Shown here: positions 60,997-64,000 of the stretch, piece by piece | How the letters are laid out: every line of letters begins with the position of its first letter | Position numbering within the stretch: the stretch's first letter is position 1 | Virus record (IMG/VR): IMGVR_UViG_3300037427_004270 | Source: a virus | DNA length: 64,000 nucleotides | Reading direction: 5' to 3' (one strand) | Position numbers and translations under genes: made by a program | Notes under the pieces: generated by a model | Told to the model about the DNA's origin: nothing | What the model saw: the letters and a program-made list of their open reading frames with translations, nothing else | Databases searched by the model: none

Positions 60997-63900
60997 CTAT
61001 CCCAACATCTTAAACTGATGTCGGATGCTTCTGCAAGAAAAACCCCATTGTTCGTCATACTGCAGTCTAGCCATGTAAGGGTGATTAATAGTAATCGAAT
61101 CCTTACCCTCTTTTATACCCCAACACTTGATACTTGTCAAGACATTATTTTCATCAATTACTTCTACGATCCAATAAGTCTTGTCATTCTTGGTCTTTCT
61201 CGACGTCACTTTGCGTGGAATGAACCACACAGCACCTAACTCTGGATCGTATTCTGAGATGGGTGGAACGTATCTTTCTCTCAACCTGCGGATAACCGAG
61301 TCGTTGACAACCAAATGCATGGGAAAGATCCCTGTCAAGTTTACCAAGTTCTCGATCCTCTCCTCATTAGAGAAGTCCAAGCCTTCGCCTTCGGACAAGA
61401 GAAAGTCTTCGGCCTTCAGCAAGTTTTCCTCAAGGTTCTTCTCCTTGCGAGGTCTATCGAAAGCGACACAGAACCAGAAATGGCGATCTCCCTTGAAGCG
61501 GTCATCCATTAGAGGCTTCAATGCACCAGAGCGACACAGCACGTCGAGGGCCTTCTTGTTTAATTTACTGTAGGTAATCTTCTCATTGAAAAGAAAGTCT
61601 TCAACATCCTTAAACGGACGGGCTCCCTCTATCTGCTCAATGGCCGTGAGTCCCAAGCCCTTAATTGATGTAAGGGGCTGAATGAGCGTAGAGCCATCCT
61701 CGGAGATTTCCCACACCCTACCGGAGTTGTTGATATCCAAACTTCGAATAGCAAAGCCCTGGCTCTTGGCAGTGTTGATAGCTGCCTCTTTTCTGTTCTC
61801 GGGCTCTTTATCCAAGAATGCTGCAGTCCACTCTGCTGGATAGTAGTTCAACAACCAAGCACACTGATAGGATAGAGTCGCATATGAAACTGCGTGACTG
61901 GCGTTGAAGCCATAGCCAGAGAAGAATTCCATCTTCTTCCAGATGATCTCTGCGTCTTCAAGGCGCATGCCTTTATCGGTGCAACCCTCAAGAAACTTCT
62001 TCTCGATCTTGTCCAACTCCTTCTTGCCTTTGCCGGTGCCTTTCTTTGTCAGCAACTTTCTAAGTAAGTTACCTTCATCAAGAGAGACATTCTTTCCCAT
62101 CTTGTGAGCGATCAATGCCAACTGTTCTTGAAAAATAATGAAACCATAAGTCTCTTCGAGAATCTCCTTCAACAGTGGGTGGCCATACTCTACCTCATCA
62201 GGGTTCAGTTTCGCTGCAACGTAAAGCTTATCTACATTTGCAGACAATGGACCCGGACGGAAGATAGAGGTAATGGCGGAAAGGTCCATTAGCGACTCTG
62301 GCTTTGCTTGTTTACAAAACTTCTGAGCTCCATCATTAGTGAATTGGAATACTCCTGTCCACTTTCCTTCATGAAAGATGTTCTTCCAGACCTCTTGGTT
62401 ATCAAAGTCGATAGCTCCAGGGTGAAGCTTCTCGTTGTAAAAGTTCTGGACGTCTTCAAAGGTTGGGTTCTCAACCTTCATATGTCTCTTTAAGATATGT
62501 CGGATAGCTCCCTCGACCATACGGAGACTGGCTAGTCCAAGAATATCAAATTTAATAAAGCCCATGGGCTCCAAGTGTCTGACGTTCTGTCCTTCGGACC
62601 ACGGAGTCTGCCTTACCCCACCAGAGGCGATGATGGGCATGTACTTCGTAAGCTGCTCACCAACGAGACAACCACCAGCGTGACGCGAGGCAGAGCGCAC
62701 TTGGCCATACAGATTTAAAACATGAGTCTTCACGTCGGGATACTTCTCAAGAAAGTTCCTCAGACTATCGCTATACTGCATGACCTCCTCAAAGGTCGGA
62801 ACATATACACCCGCAGTCTGCCCCTTGGCAGCCTTAGCTTTTGGAGTAGCCTCACGCATCATCTTGCTGGTCACTGTGTTGACCTCAATAAAGGGAATGC
62901 CGTATAACTTCGAAATGTCTTTGATAAGCGAGCGCAACTGCAATGTGTTCCAGTTGGTAATTGGGACAACGGTGTCCTCGCCCCACTCTTCAATAAGCAT
63001 CTCCTTTGCTTCCATTGGTTCGGAGCAGTCATAATCGATATCGGGATAGTCAGTAGCATCTTTGCGTAGAAACCTCTCAAACTGGAGCTTGTACTTGATG
63101 GGGTCAATTTGTGTAATGTCCAAAACATAAGACACCAGTGACCCTGCAGCAGAACCACGTCCTGCGCCGACAAGCTGTTTAGATGATACTCTATCAGAAA
63201 TAGCTTTCATTGTCAAGAAGTATTTACTAAAGCCGCGATCTGAGATGACCTCTAGCTCTCCCTTTAGTCTATTGACATATTCCATATTCTTTGCCATGCC
63301 CTTCTTCTTTAGGGCCTCGATACATTGAGAGATGAGAGCGCGGTCTGCGGTCTGGCCTTTTGGTACCACAAAGTCAGGCAAACGAACAGTGTTATCCGGG
63401 AAGAAGGCTTTTATCTTCTCGTGAGCAATCTGGTGTGTTCTTTCGATGCTCCCCAACACCAACTTATCGTCATACTCGACACCACACTTCTCAGAGTATC
63501 TCTTGTAGGACTCCCACATCTCATCACCGTTCTTGGGGTATAACTCATAAGACATGTCACTCAGGCTCTCTGGGAGTTCCGAGTCCATGCCCTTTCCTTT
63601 GGAAATCCACCCAAGCTTCTTATAAAGCTCTCGATCTTTCCATAGGTCTGGCGATGGGTAGTGACTATCCGCAGTAGAGATGAGAGGAACATTCATCTCG
63701 CCGCACACCTGAATAACATACTTGTTAATTTCATGCTGTTCGGGAATGGCGTTCCACTGCAGCTCACCGTACCAGTTGTCACCAAATATTTCGACCATGC
63801 GTCGAGTTGTCTCGCGCATAGCATCGAGGACAGCCTCTTCGCTCTCTTCGCGGTTCTCCCAGAAATCTCCAGCGTAAATACCACCCATGCAAGCAGAGGC

Positions 63901-64000
63901 GGCAATGATGCCCTCGGAGTTCTCAGCAAGGAGTTCATAGTCAACGCGAGGGTATCGAAAGAAGTTCTCTGGGGAATATGACTTTGATATCATCTTGAAT
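60997..64000 (-). CDS. dnaE: DNA polymerase III alpha subunit (family C), 5'-truncated by window
   Basis: PHP ADSHY, GRGSAAGSLV, LQFERFL, DYPDIDYD, RHAGG, KFDILGL, GYGFNASHA; frame stays open to the window end. Confidence 0.96.
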   Translation of the reverse strand, partial: FKMISKSYSPENFFRYPRVDYELLAENSEGIIAASACMGGIYAGDFWENREESEEAVLDAMRETTRRMVEIFGDNWYGELQWNAIPEQHEINKYVIQVCGEMNVPLISTADSHYPSPDLWKDRELYKKLGWISKGKGMDSELPESLSDMSYELYPKNGDEMWESYKRYSEKCGVEYDDKLVLGSIERTHQIAHEKIKAFFPDNTVRLPDFVVPKGQTADRALISQCIEALKKKGMAKNMEYVNRLKGELEVISDRGFSKYFLTMKAISDRVSSKQLVGAGRGSAAGSLVSYVLDITQIDPIKYKLQFERFLRKDATDYPDIDYDCSEPMEAKEMLIEEWGEDTVVPITNWNTLQLRSLIKDISKLYGIPFIEVNTVTSKMMREATPKAKAAKGQTAGVYVPTFEEVMQYSDSLRNFLEKYPDVKTHVLNLYGQVRSASRHAGGCLVGEQLTKYMPIIASGGVRQTPWSEGQNVRHLEPMGFIKFDILGLASLRMVEGAIRHILKRHMKVENPTFEDVQNFYNEKLHPGAIDFDNQEVWKNIFHEGKWTGVFQFTNDGAQKFCKQAKPESLMDLSAITSIFRPGPLSANVDKLYVAAKLNPDEVEYGHPLLKEILEETYGFIIFQEQLALIAHKMGKNVSLDEGNLLRKLLTKKGTGKGKKELDKIEKKFLEGCTDKGMRLEDAEIIWKKMEFFSGYGFNASHAVSYATLSYQCAWLLNYYPAEWTAAFLDKEPENRKEAAINTAKSQGFAIRSLDINNSGRVWEISEDGSTLIQPLTSIKGLGLTAIEQIEGARPFKDVEDFLFNEKITYSKLNKKALDVLCRSGALKPLMDDRFKGDRHFWFCVAFDRPRKEKNLEENLLKAEDFLLSEGEGLDFSNEERIENLVNLTGIFPMHLVVNDSVIRRLRERYVPPISEYDPELGAVWFIPRKVTSRKTKNDKTYWIVEVIDENNVLTSIKCWGIKEGKDSITINHPYMARLQYDEQWGFSCRSIRHQFKMLG

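Noticed and set aside
60997-64000. Intein or intron in dnaE
   Set aside because: Conserved DnaE motifs follow in normal order with no large insertion or splicing motifs visible in the part within the window.

Overview
This window is best read as part of a large lytic dsDNA tailed phage (jumbo or T4-like-scale) genome in the standard genetic code, with almost all genes on the minus strand. It is not a cellular chromosome. (i) About 1-26.3 kb is a mainly late/virion block: PhoH, a trypsin-like lipoprotein, a J-domain protein, a DenV-like glycosylase, a KamA radical-SAM aminomutase, an outer-membrane beta-barrel, many acidic putative head-cargo proteins, an HNH nuclease and a repeat-rich tail fibre. 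(ii) About 26.4-44.6 kb is a dense array of small early-type genes behind near-consensus sigma70 promoters. It includes many SH3/KOW-like proteins, IscA and a MoxR-AAA/vWA pair, and is punctuated by a G/C-rich palindrome and two copies of a structured non-coding element. (iii) About 44.6-64 kb holds a myxobacterial-type Cys-repeat/vWA lipoprotein, TudS (DUF523), tRNA-Arg, a tRNA-like element, a lytic transglycosylase, GroEL, tRNA-Gly, an amidase, an IMPDH/GMPR-family enzyme, a MazG-like NTP pyrophosphatase, dUTPase, an adenine MTase with an adjacent PD-(D/E)xK nuclease, and DNA polymerase III alpha (cut by the window end). Secreted-protein features suggest a Myxococcota or related deltaproteobacterial host, which is an inference. 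All family calls come from motif recognition by eye; no database search was run.
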